From an uncultured virus (IMG/VR IMGVR_UViG_3300042554_003148) (Duplodnaviria; Heunggongvirae; Uroviricota; Caudoviricetes): a stretch of DNA of 64,000 bases. The position numbers and the translations under genes were made by a program. Positions 1-10,037 of this stretch are shown piece by piece (position 1 is the first letter of the stretch; each line of letters opens with the position of its first letter). The stretch is from IMG/VR virus record IMGVR_UViG_3300042554_003148. One strand, written 5' to 3'. The notes under the pieces were generated by a model. It saw only the letters and a program-made list of their open reading frames with translations, was not told where the DNA came from and did not search any database.

Positions 1-3000
1 GGTAACAGACGGAACAACAGCGGCCACGGTTGATGTTGGAGTGACCGTTATTTGAGGAGTTCTAGTTAATGTTATGCTTGGTGTTGGTGTGGGTGTTGGA
101 ACAACACATTCATAACCAGAACATCTTAGTGCTACTCTACCAGCATTATTGTATACAGTATCTACGACCCGTGTTCCTGCATTATTAATTTGCATAGTTT
201 GAAATATATTCGCGCTACGAATATTATCGCTTAGTTTTTCTTTATATATCCAATTATTATTTACATATTCATATATTATTATTCTTTCATTGATAATACT
301 TATAGGATCTTTATGCATAATTGCTAAAATATTATTAGTTTCAGAAATTGCTGCTCTACCATCCTCATTTGTAGCAAAAATAGATGTGATGGGAGATCCC
401 TTTAGGGTCCATTGATTATTTATTAGAGTATAAACTTCTACTCTACTTCGTCCGCTAGCCACGAATGTATCATTACTTTTTGCGTCAATATACCATAGTA
501 TATTACCAGCTGATGGAGAAAAAGATGTACTTATTGTTGCCGATTTAACCCATGCATTATTAATCCAATCATAAACTCTTACTATACCAGTAGTAATACC
601 AATAAATAATCTACTACCATCAGGACTTAATTTAATATTCGGATAATATCCTACTAAATCAGTAGAATTTTCGCCAAATATTGAGAATCCTTTTTGTGTC
701 CATGTTCCATTAATAAATTCGTATACTTTAATTTTACCAGCTGTTGCTTGTTCGGCCCCGGTGGAGCCAACATAGTCTGGACTACCAATAGCAATAGTAT
801 TACCGTCACTGCTCATACTTACAATAGAACCTAGACCCTCCCCAGTATTTATTCCTAATATATCTGAACCTTTTTTAGACCAAGATGTACCATTCCACAT
901 ATATACAGTAACTTTTCCTTTATATTGTCCAACAGTAGAATATATACTTGTTGAATGTCTTGGTGTTCCTATCGCTACTGTGGTACCAGCAGTATCTGTA
1001 TCTATAGAATCATTACCGCTAAATGCAGTAACAATCTCGGCATTATCTAATGTTATCCTACTAGCTCTTTCGATCCAGGCTGTATTGTTCCAATCATATA
1101 CTACTACCGTATTAACAAATAATCCAGCTATTGTGGATCCGTTTCTACTTAAAGAATATGTTACTAATCCACGATTACTAAGTTGTGGTTCCAATAGTTC
1201 TCCTAATTGTTTGTAAGAGCATACGGGCAACATAGTTGGTGTTGGAGTAACTCTGGGGGTAGATGTAGGAACAGGAGTTCGTGTTGGGGTAGGTGATGGC
1301 GTTGGAGACGGTACTGCTTGACCTATCGGTAATACGCACACACAATCAATCGCTGCTCCAAAGCAACCACAATTAGCGCATGTGCTTTCAAATCTGATTG
1401 TTGTTGTTGTGCTTGAAGCGGTAAAATCTATTATTTCTGCGATCCATCCCATGCTTTCGTATGATTCAAATGTTGTATTGCTAGGATCAAAAGAGAAATT
1501 ATATTCTTCAGCATAGGTGCCTGTGATAACAACCTTAAATGTTCTTATAACATTAATATTTCCATAATTATTACCAGATTTTTTAAATGATAGTCTATAA
1601 ACACCATTTACAATCGTTGGTATATTTTGTTCAATATAACCAGGACTACAAGAATTTAAATCAACCCATACTTTAATTGGTTGATTTGTCCCATAGAAGT
1701 GCAACGAATGAACATCAACATTATTGGTTACCCAATTAGCTGCTGTTCCTAAATTCATTGATGGTACACTAATCTCGAAATCACCATTAACAACCAAATT
1801 ATTAGCACAAGATGGACAATCAGGAACCACCGGTATAGTAATTGGTGGAGGACAAACAAAGTTAGTATCGATTTCTTGACCACGTCCAGATGATGTTGCA
1901 CTAGACGGATCTGGTAAATTATTGGATTTGGTGGCATATGTAAAATATGCAGCATTAGCGGATCCGCCAGAATAGTATGCCGCTTTATACCATTCATTTT
2001 CAGTAGGAATAGCATATTTTGCTGCCGGATTTCTTGTTATCGATGACTGACTCATGTCATACGCGCCATTTTCTGTGATTCCATAGTCATTAGAGTCTTT
2101 AGAATCTATTTTTCCATTACTAAGCCAATTACAATATCTAGCTAAATCAAACCATGTTATATAATTTACTGGTTTATCTCCCATATTTAATTTTGTTGTA
2201 TAATAATATAAAGAATCTTTTTCGGTGCGTAATATACCTCCTCTAGGATCGTTGCTCATAGCTTCTTTATATAGATTATATCTATCATAAACACTAGCAA
2301 CAGAATTTAAAAATTGTGCATATTCACAATTGGTTAATAGATATTTTTTGATTGCGTATCTATAAACGACAGAGCCGTATCCATTAGTATCAGCAACATT
2401 ATTAACATCATCAATTAATGCATAATTAATAAGATCTAACGATCTAGTATCTCTAACTATTATTCGTCCACCAATAGTAGCATTAGCTGATATTGGAGAC
2501 TGTGGACTTCTATAGCCTGATCCAAGTTCTAGACTATTGGATATCCATGATCCTCCTCTAACAATTCTACTACTACTAACCTGACCCTCTGTCCATTCAT
2601 TTAAATTACCAGTTTGATCATACGTTCCATAAAAACTACTACTACCATTTGTTCCGACAGTTGTTACATTACCTGTCTGATCGTTCCACACAGCAACAGA
2701 ACCATAATTAGCAGTTGATACCAAATTGAAACTTGCTGGCGAAGCTGGCTCATTAAATGATTCATTACAAGAAATACATTGTTTTGTTGGATAATGTAAT
2801 TTGTAAAAAATCTCGTATTCATGACATACTATTAAATTATTAAGCTGAATTTGCATAACATCAGTAGTTAATAATGTACAGTTTTCTCTATTAGCAGAAC
2901 TCCAACAATCTTTAATATCTTGATACGATGAAGGAGATGTTTGTATTCTATAATTAATATTTAATCTATTATTTCCTTTTTGTGGCTTTAGATAATTTTG

Positions 3001-6000
3001 CTGTATAATATTATCCGATGTTAAGGTTTTAAATGATAAATTTTGTGCAGAAGATCCTGATACTTGTAAACAGCTTTGAGCAACTTGATTTGTAGCAGCA
3101 GCGTATATCCAATCGAGCCATCTTTCTGACGAGCAATTAAATTCTACAAACTGATATTGTAAAGTTTCTACAATATATTCTATAAACTCATTAATCCCCG
3201 GTTCTATATCGGCCCTATTCATTGAACCGCTTACGTCTACAAATATTAAAATTCTAATTGGGGTCTCTTGATCTGTTTGTTCAATAATCGGTAAGAAGTG
3301 AGTTTCGAATTGTGTTAAAATATCGTTATAAGTTGTTGGTCTACTTACTTTAACCACCCTGTCTGTTCCAAAAGGAAGTTTAGGAACAGCATTAGATGGA
3401 TATATCCATTGTGTACTATCTGCTGGAGCTAATACTATAAATCTTTCAGCATCTACAGCTCCATTTTCTATTAGAGATGTAACATTATTGGTATCTTCGA
3501 CCCAGTCTTTTCCTATAGTACCTAGGAGTCCAACATAGTCCGGATTTGCTTCGTCAATAAATATCATGATAAAATCTGTTGGTAAAATAACAGCTGGTGG
3601 TATGTATATACCAGTTACTTCTGGTCCAATAAATTCGCAATGTTTAGTTAATGTTACTACTCTAAAATCATAATATTCTCCTAATTCTAATCCTGTTATA
3701 GATGTCGATGCTGTATCTAATATAAAAGCGTCTCTAATCCATGATGATGAACTAGTTTTATACTCTATAACATATCCTTCTATATCTGGATACTGTGGTA
3801 TTTGATCTTCCCAGCTCAACGATACAATATTATCACTAACCTCGTAATTAGTAATTATTGATGATGCTACAGTAGTAGCGCCACACTCAACAAAGTCCGG
3901 ACACTCCAAAATAAATGATTCGGTTCTTGATACTCCACTAGTTTTATCTTTTATGATAGTTTCCAGTATAAATTGTTTTAACTCAACATTTTTAGTAATG
4001 CCAACAAAAGCATTTTGTCTAGTATTAGATGCTTTAAAAGTAAAAAATTCTTTATCTAAATATGCTCTATTACTAAAATCTGCATCTAAGCATTTATCTG
4101 GTGACGGAGTAGGAGTTGGTGTGGGGGTGACGCTGGGCGTTGGTCCAAATACTGGTAATGTTGGTGGCGGGGTTGTGGGAGGAGAAACTAAATTGCAATC
4201 ATAGTCTGTAAATTGTACTTTTCCATCCGGCTTGCCATTACCAAAACCATCTGCTTCTACGCACTGAAATAAATTAGAGAAAGATCTATCTGGTAAATCA
4301 GATTGTGTGGGCCATCTCCAATATCCAGCATTGGTACCTCCTCCTTTATAGTATGCTGCTTTATACCATTCACTATAGCTTGGTAAAAAATATTTAGCAT
4401 TAGCGTTTCTAACAATAGGTTGGTCAAAATTTTCTGCTGTTGTTCTGCCATTAAGTGTATACGCGCCATCTTCTGTTGTTGTATTGTCTTGGCTACCATT
4501 AGGCTTTCCATTGTGTAACCAATTACAAAATCTAGCGGCAGAAAACCAGTTAACAAATACAACTGGTTTATTATTCATAGGCTGCGGTCTATTGTTTGCA
4601 GAAGTTGTTTTTGAACTATATGTATAATTACCAGACGTTCCACTTCTAACAATACCTCCTTTGGTATTGCTTATCATATTAGTATCGTATAATTTATAGA
4701 TATCTGTTTTTGCTACAGCATTAAGAAATTCTACATATTGACAATTCGTTACTTCGTACTGACCAATTTTATATTCATAAGATACAGCCCCTACAGGATC
4801 TGTGGTAAAAATTGGATTATTAGGATTACCAGCATCTCCAACAGTAACAAAATATGGTAAATTATTAGGATTAGTTAAACTCGCTATTCTAAATCCATGA
4901 CTAGCTACTTTTAGTGTCGGATCTTTAGCATGATAGGATGTTTTTGTGTAATCAAGCTCATTATCTGGACTATCAAATCCTCCACCCAGACACCATCTTC
5001 TCGTTACTTTACGACCACCCACTACCGAAACATGATGTTCTTCTGTCCATTCTTCAGCGTTCCCACCCTGATCATATGTACCATATGCGCTAGGTCCACC
5101 ATTAGAGCCAACTGTAGTAACATTACCATTGTCAATCCAAATTGGGCCTTTGGCACATAATTTTAGATTTGCACTATTAGGACCGGGAGGAAAAGTTAAA
5201 GAATATACACTATAAATACCTAAACTATTAACAGCTCGACATGTGATATATAAAATTCTTGGAGTTAATTCGTAGTAAAAAATATTAACAGGATCGACAG
5301 CATCAAAATCTATGGTGTCTTGTACAGTATCGTTGAGTAGATTGATTACAGACAAGGAATTTGAGTCTGTATTACACACATATAATTTTTTAGCAAAATT
5401 AATCAATGCCATAGACGTTGGCGATGATCCAACAGCGATTGTTTTTTCTATGGTTCTTGTTGTTAGATTAAGAACACTAATATTATTACTAAGATAATTT
5501 GTAATATATCCTTTATCATTTAATGCTACAAATGACCATGGTCTTAAACCACTAGAATTAATATTGCTAATAACACTATCGTTAACCGGATCTATGATAC
5601 TAATAGAATTAGATTCTGTATTACAAACATAAATTAAATTATTGTGAAGATACAGGGATCTCGGACCATTCTGTACTGTTATTGATGTTATAAATTGATA
5701 TGTTGTGGCATTAAAAATATTGATAGTAGAATTGGGCGAACTTACTGTGCCAGTATTAGTAACATAAATTTTATTATTTAGATATAGCAAGCTAGCAGGA
5801 CTGGTACCGACATTCAATATAGTTTGTATAACAGTGTTATTAGTAGCATTTATAATACTTATACTATTATCATCAGAATTAATAACATAAATTCTATTAT
5901 CTATAGAATTACTAATAATATCAGTTGGGTTATTGCCAACAGATACGGTGCTAAGTTGTGTTTTTGTTGCGAGATCAACAATACTAATAGTGTCGCTGTC

Positions 6001-7602
6001 ACTATTTGTAACATAAGCTCTTGTTCCAAATAGAAAAGTGGCGCTGTTAGGATTTGATTGAACTGTAACTAACTCCAAATCTTTTATTGGAGGTAATAGA
6101 GGAGGTGGCGGTGGTGGAGGCGGTGGAGGAGGTGGTGGCGGTGGAGGAGGTGGTGGCGGTGGAGGAGGAGGCGGAGGTGGCGGAGGAGGAGGTGGAGGAG
6201 GGGGTGGTGGACTAGCTATCAAAATACTAGCAGCTCCGGTAACATCTAGTCTGCCACCAGTACTAATCGGGGCAGCGCCATTGGTAGCAAAAGCTGGGGT
6301 TGGTATTGCGCTAAAAAGAATAGCGTTTTTAATTTGTGCGGCAGATACGTTTGGAAAAATACTTGCCAATAACGCAACAGCTCCGGCAACATGGGGACAG
6401 GCCATACTAGTTCCACTAATAGAAAAATAGTCACCATTCTTCCATGTGCTTAGTATGCCACCTTCTTCAGTCTGGTCTCCTCCTGGTGCTGCTATATCAA
6501 CATTAGCTAAGCCATAATTAGAAAATATACTCCTAGCCCCAGTAATAGTCATGCTTGCTACAGATATAATACCATCTGTTCCGCTTGGATCGTTCCATGT
6601 ATAAGAGGATGGATATTTTGGTAATGAATCATTATTTGTTCCATTATTAGCAGCAGCACATACGCTAATTATACCTTGAGCATAAGCGGCTTTCATAGCA
6701 TCTAATTGAGATTGAGAAAATGATCCGCCGGCATAACTATGATTAATTACAACAATATTTCTGCCTTTTGGATCATTATTTTTAAATAATTGTTTTAATG
6801 ATGTTGTATAATTTACAGCTAGTATAATTTTAGCCAAACTGCTTGTAAGTTCAAGACTACTACATGGTGGTGGTTTGTCACTTCTACAAGAGAATATTTT
6901 TCCATTCAATAGACTAACTCTTTTACAAACTCCTGTCACTCCCAAATTATTGTCACCAAAAGCTCCTATTGTACCAGCAACATGGGTTCCATGACCATTA
7001 TAATCATTATATCCTTCGTTATTGGTGCTAAAATCTCCTTCTAGATTATTATTAGAATCATATGTGAATCTAAGATTACCAGCTAAATCTGCATGAGTAA
7101 TCATATTATTTAATAATATGCCAGTATCTATAACCACAGCATAAACATCATGAGTTCCTATATGTCCTCGATTCCATAGGGGGACAACATTTATATGAAA
7201 ATTGCCTCTCGCTGGATTTAGACCCCATAATTCGAACCATCTACTATCATTACTCAAAGAATTATAACTTTTATTAATTATTGGTTCTTCGAATCTAATT
7301 ATTTCATCAGCTTCAAAAAATGCTATATTTTTATTATAATTCAATGTATTTTGTGTTTCAAAAGTATTTTGCCTAACCAAAAACATCCCAGGAAGACCCA
7401 ATCCTCTAATAACAGTATATTCAGGTCCTAAAATAGTATAAATATCATTTATAGATTCCATTCTAGATATTGCTTCTTCAGTAAGTCTAATAATAAAATT
7501 ACTAGAATACTCTGATTGAGAATTAATTAATATTGATTCTATTTTAGTATCAACAAATTGAGTAAACCATATCTCTGATACTTTATTATAATCACTATTC
7601 AT
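1..7602 (-). CDS. Giant multidomain virion-associated protein, C-terminus beyond the window (>=2534 aa): S8 subtilase, poly-Pro, YVTN propeller, permuted FGE domain, FN3, vWA-like, second permuted FGE domain, DUF642-like carbohydrate-binding domain, beta-propeller, TP linkers
   Basis: Absent from the ORF track because no stop is reached. Manual translation from ATG 7602 (MNSDYNKVSEIW...) stays open to base 1. Subtilase triad: VVIDTG (D at 7126-7128), HGTHVAG (H at 6991-6993), GTSMACPHVAG (S at 6406-6408). Other motifs: RAYVTN/KIYVTN repeats 5250-6060, DVSGS ~3230, NLVVNGDFE ~1790. Confidence 0.88.
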   Translation of the reverse strand, partial: MNSDYNKVSEIWFTQFVDTKIESILINSQSEYSSNFIIRLTEEAISRMESINDIYTILGPEYTVIRGLGLPGMFLVRQNTFETQNTLNYNKNIAFFEADEIIRFEEPIINKSYNSLSNDSRWFELWGLNPARGNFHINVVPLWNRGHIGTHDVYAVVIDTGILLNNMITHADLAGNLRFTYDSNNNLEGDFSTNNEGYNDYNGHGTHVAGTIGAFGDNNLGVTGVCKRVSLLNGKIFSCRSDKPPPCSSLELTSSLAKIILAVNYTTSLKQLFKNNDPKGRNIVVINHSYAGGSFSQSQLDAMKAAYAQGIISVCAAANNGTNNDSLPKYPSSYTWNDPSGTDGIISVASMTITGARSIFSNYGLANVDIAAPGGDQTEEGGILSTWKNGDYFSISGTSMACPHVAGAVALLASIFPNVSAAQIKNAILFSAIPTPAFATNGAAPISTGGRLDVTGAASILIASPPPPPPPPPPPPPPPPPPPPPPPPPPPPPPPPPPPPPLLPPIKDLELVTVQSNPNSATFLFGTRAYVTNSDSDTISIVDLATKTQLSTVSVGNNPTDIISNSIDNRIYVINSDDNSISIINATNNTVIQTILNVGTSPASLLYLNNKIYVTNTGTVSSPNSTINIFNATTYQFITSITVQNGPRSLYLHNNLIYVCNTESNSISIIDPVNDSVISNINSSGLRPWSFVALNDKGYITNYLSNNISVLNLTTRTIEKTIAVGSSPTSMALINFAKKLYVCNTDSNSLSVINLLNDTVQDTIDFDAVDPVNIFYYELTPRILYITCRAVNSLGIYSVYSLTFPPGPNSANLKLCAKGPIWIDNGNVTTVGSNGGPSAYGTYDQGGNAEEWTEEHHVSVVGGRKVTRRWCLGGGFDSPDNELDYTKTSYHAKDPTLKVASHGFRIASLTNPNNLPYFVTVGDAGNPNNPIFTTDPVGAVSYEYKIGQYEVTNCQYVEFLNAVAKTDIYKLYDTNMISNTKGGIVRSGTSGNYTYSSKTTSANNRPQPMNNKPVVFVNWFSAARFCNWLHNGKPNGSQDNTTTEDGAYTLNGRTTAENFDQPIVRNANAKYFLPSYSEWYKAAYYKGGGTNAGYWRWPTQSDLPDRSFSNLFQCVEADGFGNGKPDGKVQFTDYDCNLVSPPTTPPPTLPVFGPTPSVTPTPTPTPSPDKCLDADFSNRAYLDKEFFTFKASNTRQNAFVGITKNVELKQFILETIIKDKTSGVSRTESFILECPDFVECGATTVASSIITNYEVSDNIVSLSWEDQIPQYPDIEGYVIEYKTSSSSWIRDAFILDTASTSITGLELGEYYDFRVVTLTKHCEFIGPEVTGIYIPPAVILPTDFIMIFIDEANPDYVGLLGTIGKDWVEDTNNVTSLIENGAVDAERFIVLAPADSTQWIYPSNAVPKLPFGTDRVVKVSRPTTYNDILTQFETHFLPIIEQTDQETPIRILIFVDVSGSMNRADIEPGINEFIEYIVETLQYQFVEFNCSSERWLDWIYAAATNQVAQSCLQVSGSSAQNLSFKTLTSDNIIQQNYLKPQKGNNRLNINYRIQTSPSSYQDIKDCWSSANRENCTLLTTDVMQIQLNNLIVCHEYEIFYKLHYPTKQCISCNESFNEPASPASFNLVSTANYGSVAVWNDQTGNVTTVGTNGSSSFYGTYDQTGNLNEWTEGQVSSSRIVRGGSWISNSLELGSGYRSPQSPISANATIGGRIIVRDTRSLDLINYALIDDVNNVADTNGYGSVVYRYAIKKYLLTNCEYAQFLNSVASVYDRYNLYKEAMSNDPRGGILRTEKDSLYYYTTKLNMGDKPVNYITWFDLARYCNWLSNGKIDSKDSNDYGITENGAYDMSQSSITRNPAAKYAIPTENEWYKAAYYSGGSANAAYFTYATKSNNLPDPSSATSSGRGQEIDTNFVCPPPITIPVVPDCPSCANNLVVNGDFEISVPSMNLGTAANWVTNNVDVHSLHFYGTNQPIKVWVDLNSCSPGYIEQNIPTIVNGVYRLSFKKSGNNYGNINVIRTFKVVITGTYAEEYNFSFDPSNTTFESYESMGWIAEIIDFTASSTTTTIRFESTCANCGCFGAAIDCVCVLPIGQAVPSPTPSPTPTRTPVPTSTPRVTPTPTMLPVCSYKQLGELLEPQLSNRGLVTYSLSRNGSTIAGLFVNTVVVYDWNNTAWIERASRITLDNAEIVTAFSGNDSIDTDTAGTTVAIGTPRHSTSIYSTVGQYKGKVTVYMWNGTSWSKKGSDILGINTGEGLGSIVSMSSDGNTIAIGSPDYVGSTGAEQATAGKIKVYEFINGTWTQKGFSIFGENSTDLVGYYPNIKLSPDGSRLFIGITTGIVRVYDWINNAWVKSATISTSFSPSAGNILWYIDAKSNDTFVASGRSRVEVYTLINNQWTLKGSPITSIFATNEDGRAAISETNNILAIMHKDPISIINERIIIYEYVNNNWIYKEKLSDNIRSANIFQTMQINNAGTRVVDTVYNNAGRVALRCSGYECVVPTPTPTPSITLTRTPQITVTPTSTVAAVVPSVT
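6100..6210 (-). repeat. Poly-proline tract, 37 consecutive Pro codons
   Basis: 37 consecutive NGG triplets on + strand, in frame with the 7602 ORF, with mixed synonymous codons. Confidence 0.95.
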
Positions 7603-7630
7603 AATAGATATTATTTGTCCTAAATATTAA

Positions 7631-8767
7631 TTAAGATTCTGTAGCACAAACATCAAGACCACATCTTATTGCTATACTATCATATATTTTATGTTGACTT
7701 CTATCATGAGTAAGCTCTATTGTAACAAGACTTTGTTCGTATAGTGCCAAATTAGGAACCAGATAAGTATAAATATTTCCATTACCATTCTCACCAAAAT
7801 AAATATCTCCAGACGATGGAACAAAACCAACAGTTCCGATGCCCATATTAGCTGTTGTAAACTTATAAGTATATTTTTCACCAGGATTAGCATTGTAAAC
7901 TTCTACTATCATAAGTTTTGGACTACTACTAGTACAGCATTCTCCAGATAGGGATATTTGTGGAGAACCAGAAATTGTTACTAATCCATATTTAATACAT
8001 GGTAAACAATCATCGCAAATTGTCATAATTGAATTACTAAAATTCATTTCTCCATTACAAGATTGTGGAGTAACACTTAATTGTATAGTATTAAAAATTT
8101 TAGCTTCGTCAGTATTTTTAACATACATATTATGATTCATAGAGCCAGGATGATCAGATGAACATTCACCAGAATTTGCACAAAAGACCAATCTATGCTG
8201 CATATCATATGAGTCTGATGTGGGAATAAAAGTGCCTGATTTTGGCGAAGCCATTATGCATGGCCAATTTGATCCTAAGCTATATAAGCTATAATTATAC
8301 GATGCTCCTGCTTCTAATCCACTAAAAGATGATACAAAATTAAAAATGTTAGAATTGCTTAGTATATACTGGTCGCATACTTCAGAGCCACATCCACTCA
8401 ATTCTATACCAATATTTGGTAAACATCCAGTACATTGTACAAGTTGCTGGGATGAAAATATTTCTGAATTATCTGATAAACTTACAACCTTTGCTTTTAC
8501 GCTTGTAAATAATTCTTGATTAGCATATCCACATTGTAATGGTTCATACGGTAATACATTAGATAAATTCATAGCTAGACCTGTACTAGCACAAAAAGAT
8601 ACTGATGTATTTATAGAGGTTGTTTTTGCTGTTGCTTCAAAAGACCCTGTCCTAGGAATAGCAACGGATGGCCAGTTTCCACCAAGTCCTAAAATTTCAT
8701 ATCTATAATTTTCTCTCTTAATTAATCCACTAACTGGTATCGAGATATGAATATTATTGTTTTTCAT
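7631..8767 (-). CDS. Cys-rich repeat protein (NWP-repeat family), probably virion-associated
   Basis: Likely ATG at 8767 (MKNNNI). Repeats of SGL...YxY...GxNWP...P.SG.F...FC...C.(D/G)CLP. Paralogous to 8776..9987. Confidence 0.7.
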   Translation of the reverse strand: MKNNNIHISIPVSGLIKRENYRYEILGLGGNWPSVAIPRTGSFEATAKTTSINTSVSFCASTGLAMNLSNVLPYEPLQCGYANQELFTSVKAKVVSLSDNSEIFSSQQLVQCTGCLPNIGIELSGCGSEVCDQYILSNSNIFNFVSSFSGLEAGASYNYSLYSLGSNWPCIMASPKSGTFIPTSDSYDMQHRLVFCANSGECSSDHPGSMNHNMYVKNTDEAKIFNTIQLSVTPQSCNGEMNFSNSIMTICDDCLPCIKYGLVTISGSPQISLSGECCTSSSPKLMIVEVYNANPGEKYTYKFTTANMGIGTVGFVPSSGDIYFGENGNGNIYTYLVPNLALYEQSLVTIELTHDRSQHKIYDSIAIRCGLDVCATES

Positions 8768-8775
8768 AATTTTTC

Positions 8776-9987
8776 CTATAAGCAATCATTGCAATAGATT
8801 GTTAATGATGGACTATAAACACTATTACTACCCTGAAACATATAGTATGGTTCTGCGCATGTATTTGGCGTAACTTTAAGCCTTAGAGATGAATAATAAG
8901 TTTCGACAAACTTTGGGTCTAAAACATAGTCTATAACTGAGCTATCATTACTAGGACATAATGACGATGTTGGACAAAATACTATTTTAGAGGATAATTT
9001 AAATTCTCTAGAATTATATGTAGTAAATGTCCCGCTTATTGGAGTGATAAACATTGCTGGCCAGTTTGCTCCTAGGCCAACATATTCGTAGTTGTAGTTT
9101 TGTGTTGGTTCTAGTCCACTTATATGAGCAGTAATATCCACAGTACTTGTATTAGTACCTAAGTTAATAACACTAGATCCTTCTTGAAGAATAACTTTAA
9201 CTCTTGGTAAACAATCTTTGCATTCTATAGTAACAGGATTACTTTTAACAGAAGATCCGTTAAAAGACAAAGGGATAACTTCAAGTTCAAAAGTACTATA
9301 TAAATGACTTTCATTATATGTTGGACAAGTATTTGGTATTACTCCAGAAATAATGTTTCTATTTGTTACACATTCACAACAAGCTCCAGATGTTGGACAA
9401 AACGACATAATAGAACTTAGATTACCACTAGTTTCAGACGGTTTTATAGTTCCAGAAAGCGGGGCTATGGTTATAGGCCAATTACTATCAATACCTTTAT
9501 AAACATAAGAATATCTCTCATATGGCTGTAGACCACTTATTGTGGGATTAAGTATAGTTTTATAGTCATCTTCTAATAATTTATAAGACAAATTAGTAAT
9601 AACAGGTATAACACCTATTCCTCCTCCAACACTGCCACCAGGAATTGTACCCATAATAGGTACATATATGGGCAAATCAGCAGTTGTTCGTAAAATAACA
9701 TAATAAGCAGATTGTGAAGAAAGTTGTGTTAGTGTTGAATCTTCATGCGGAACATAAGCATACGAAGAATTACCAAATTCATCTGTTAATTGTGATCGTT
9801 TTGTCCAAAACACTGGTATAGAATTATCTATATTTTGACTACTATATATAGTATCTATAGATTGAATAAACTTATTATATTGTAGTTTTTTATCATTATC
9901 AGAAGATATTTCTTCTGGCATCTCCATAAGATTTAATGGTTCTGTACCAGCGTATGTAAAGATAAAAAATTGATTATTAATTATCAT
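8776..9987 (-). CDS. Cys-rich repeat protein (NWP-repeat family)
   Basis: Likely ATG at 9987. Two copies of SGL.P...Y.Y.Y.G...NWP....P.SGT...FCP...C.DCL. Preceded by a late-promoter motif. Confidence 0.7.
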   Translation of the reverse strand: MIINNQFFIFTYAGTEPLNLMEMPEEISSDNDKKLQYNKFIQSIDTIYSSQNIDNSIPVFWTKRSQLTDEFGNSSYAYVPHEDSTLTQLSSQSAYYVILRTTADLPIYVPIMGTIPGGSVGGGIGVIPVITNLSYKLLEDDYKTILNPTISGLQPYERYSYVYKGIDSNWPITIAPLSGTIKPSETSGNLSSIMSFCPTSGACCECVTNRNIISGVIPNTCPTYNESHLYSTFELEVIPLSFNGSSVKSNPVTIECKDCLPRVKVILQEGSSVINLGTNTSTVDITAHISGLEPTQNYNYEYVGLGANWPAMFITPISGTFTTYNSREFKLSSKIVFCPTSSLCPSNDSSVIDYVLDPKFVETYYSSLRLKVTPNTCAEPYYMFQGSNSVYSPSLTIYCNDCL

Positions 9988-10020
9988 AAAATATAGCAAA
10001 TAAGTTTAAAGTAAGTAATA

Positions 10021-10032
10021 TAATAATACACC
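10021..10032 (-). promoter_or_regulatory. Putative late promoter box GGTGTATTATTA
   Basis: Intergenic; one of eight RGTGTA boxes upstream of structural starts. Confidence 0.6.
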
Positions 10033-10037
10033 ATTCG

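Noticed and set aside
1..7602. Apparent gene desert suggesting a pseudogene or stop-codon recoding
   Set aside because: One minus-strand frame is fully open and is missing from the track only because its stop lies outside the window. Other genes read well in the standard code.
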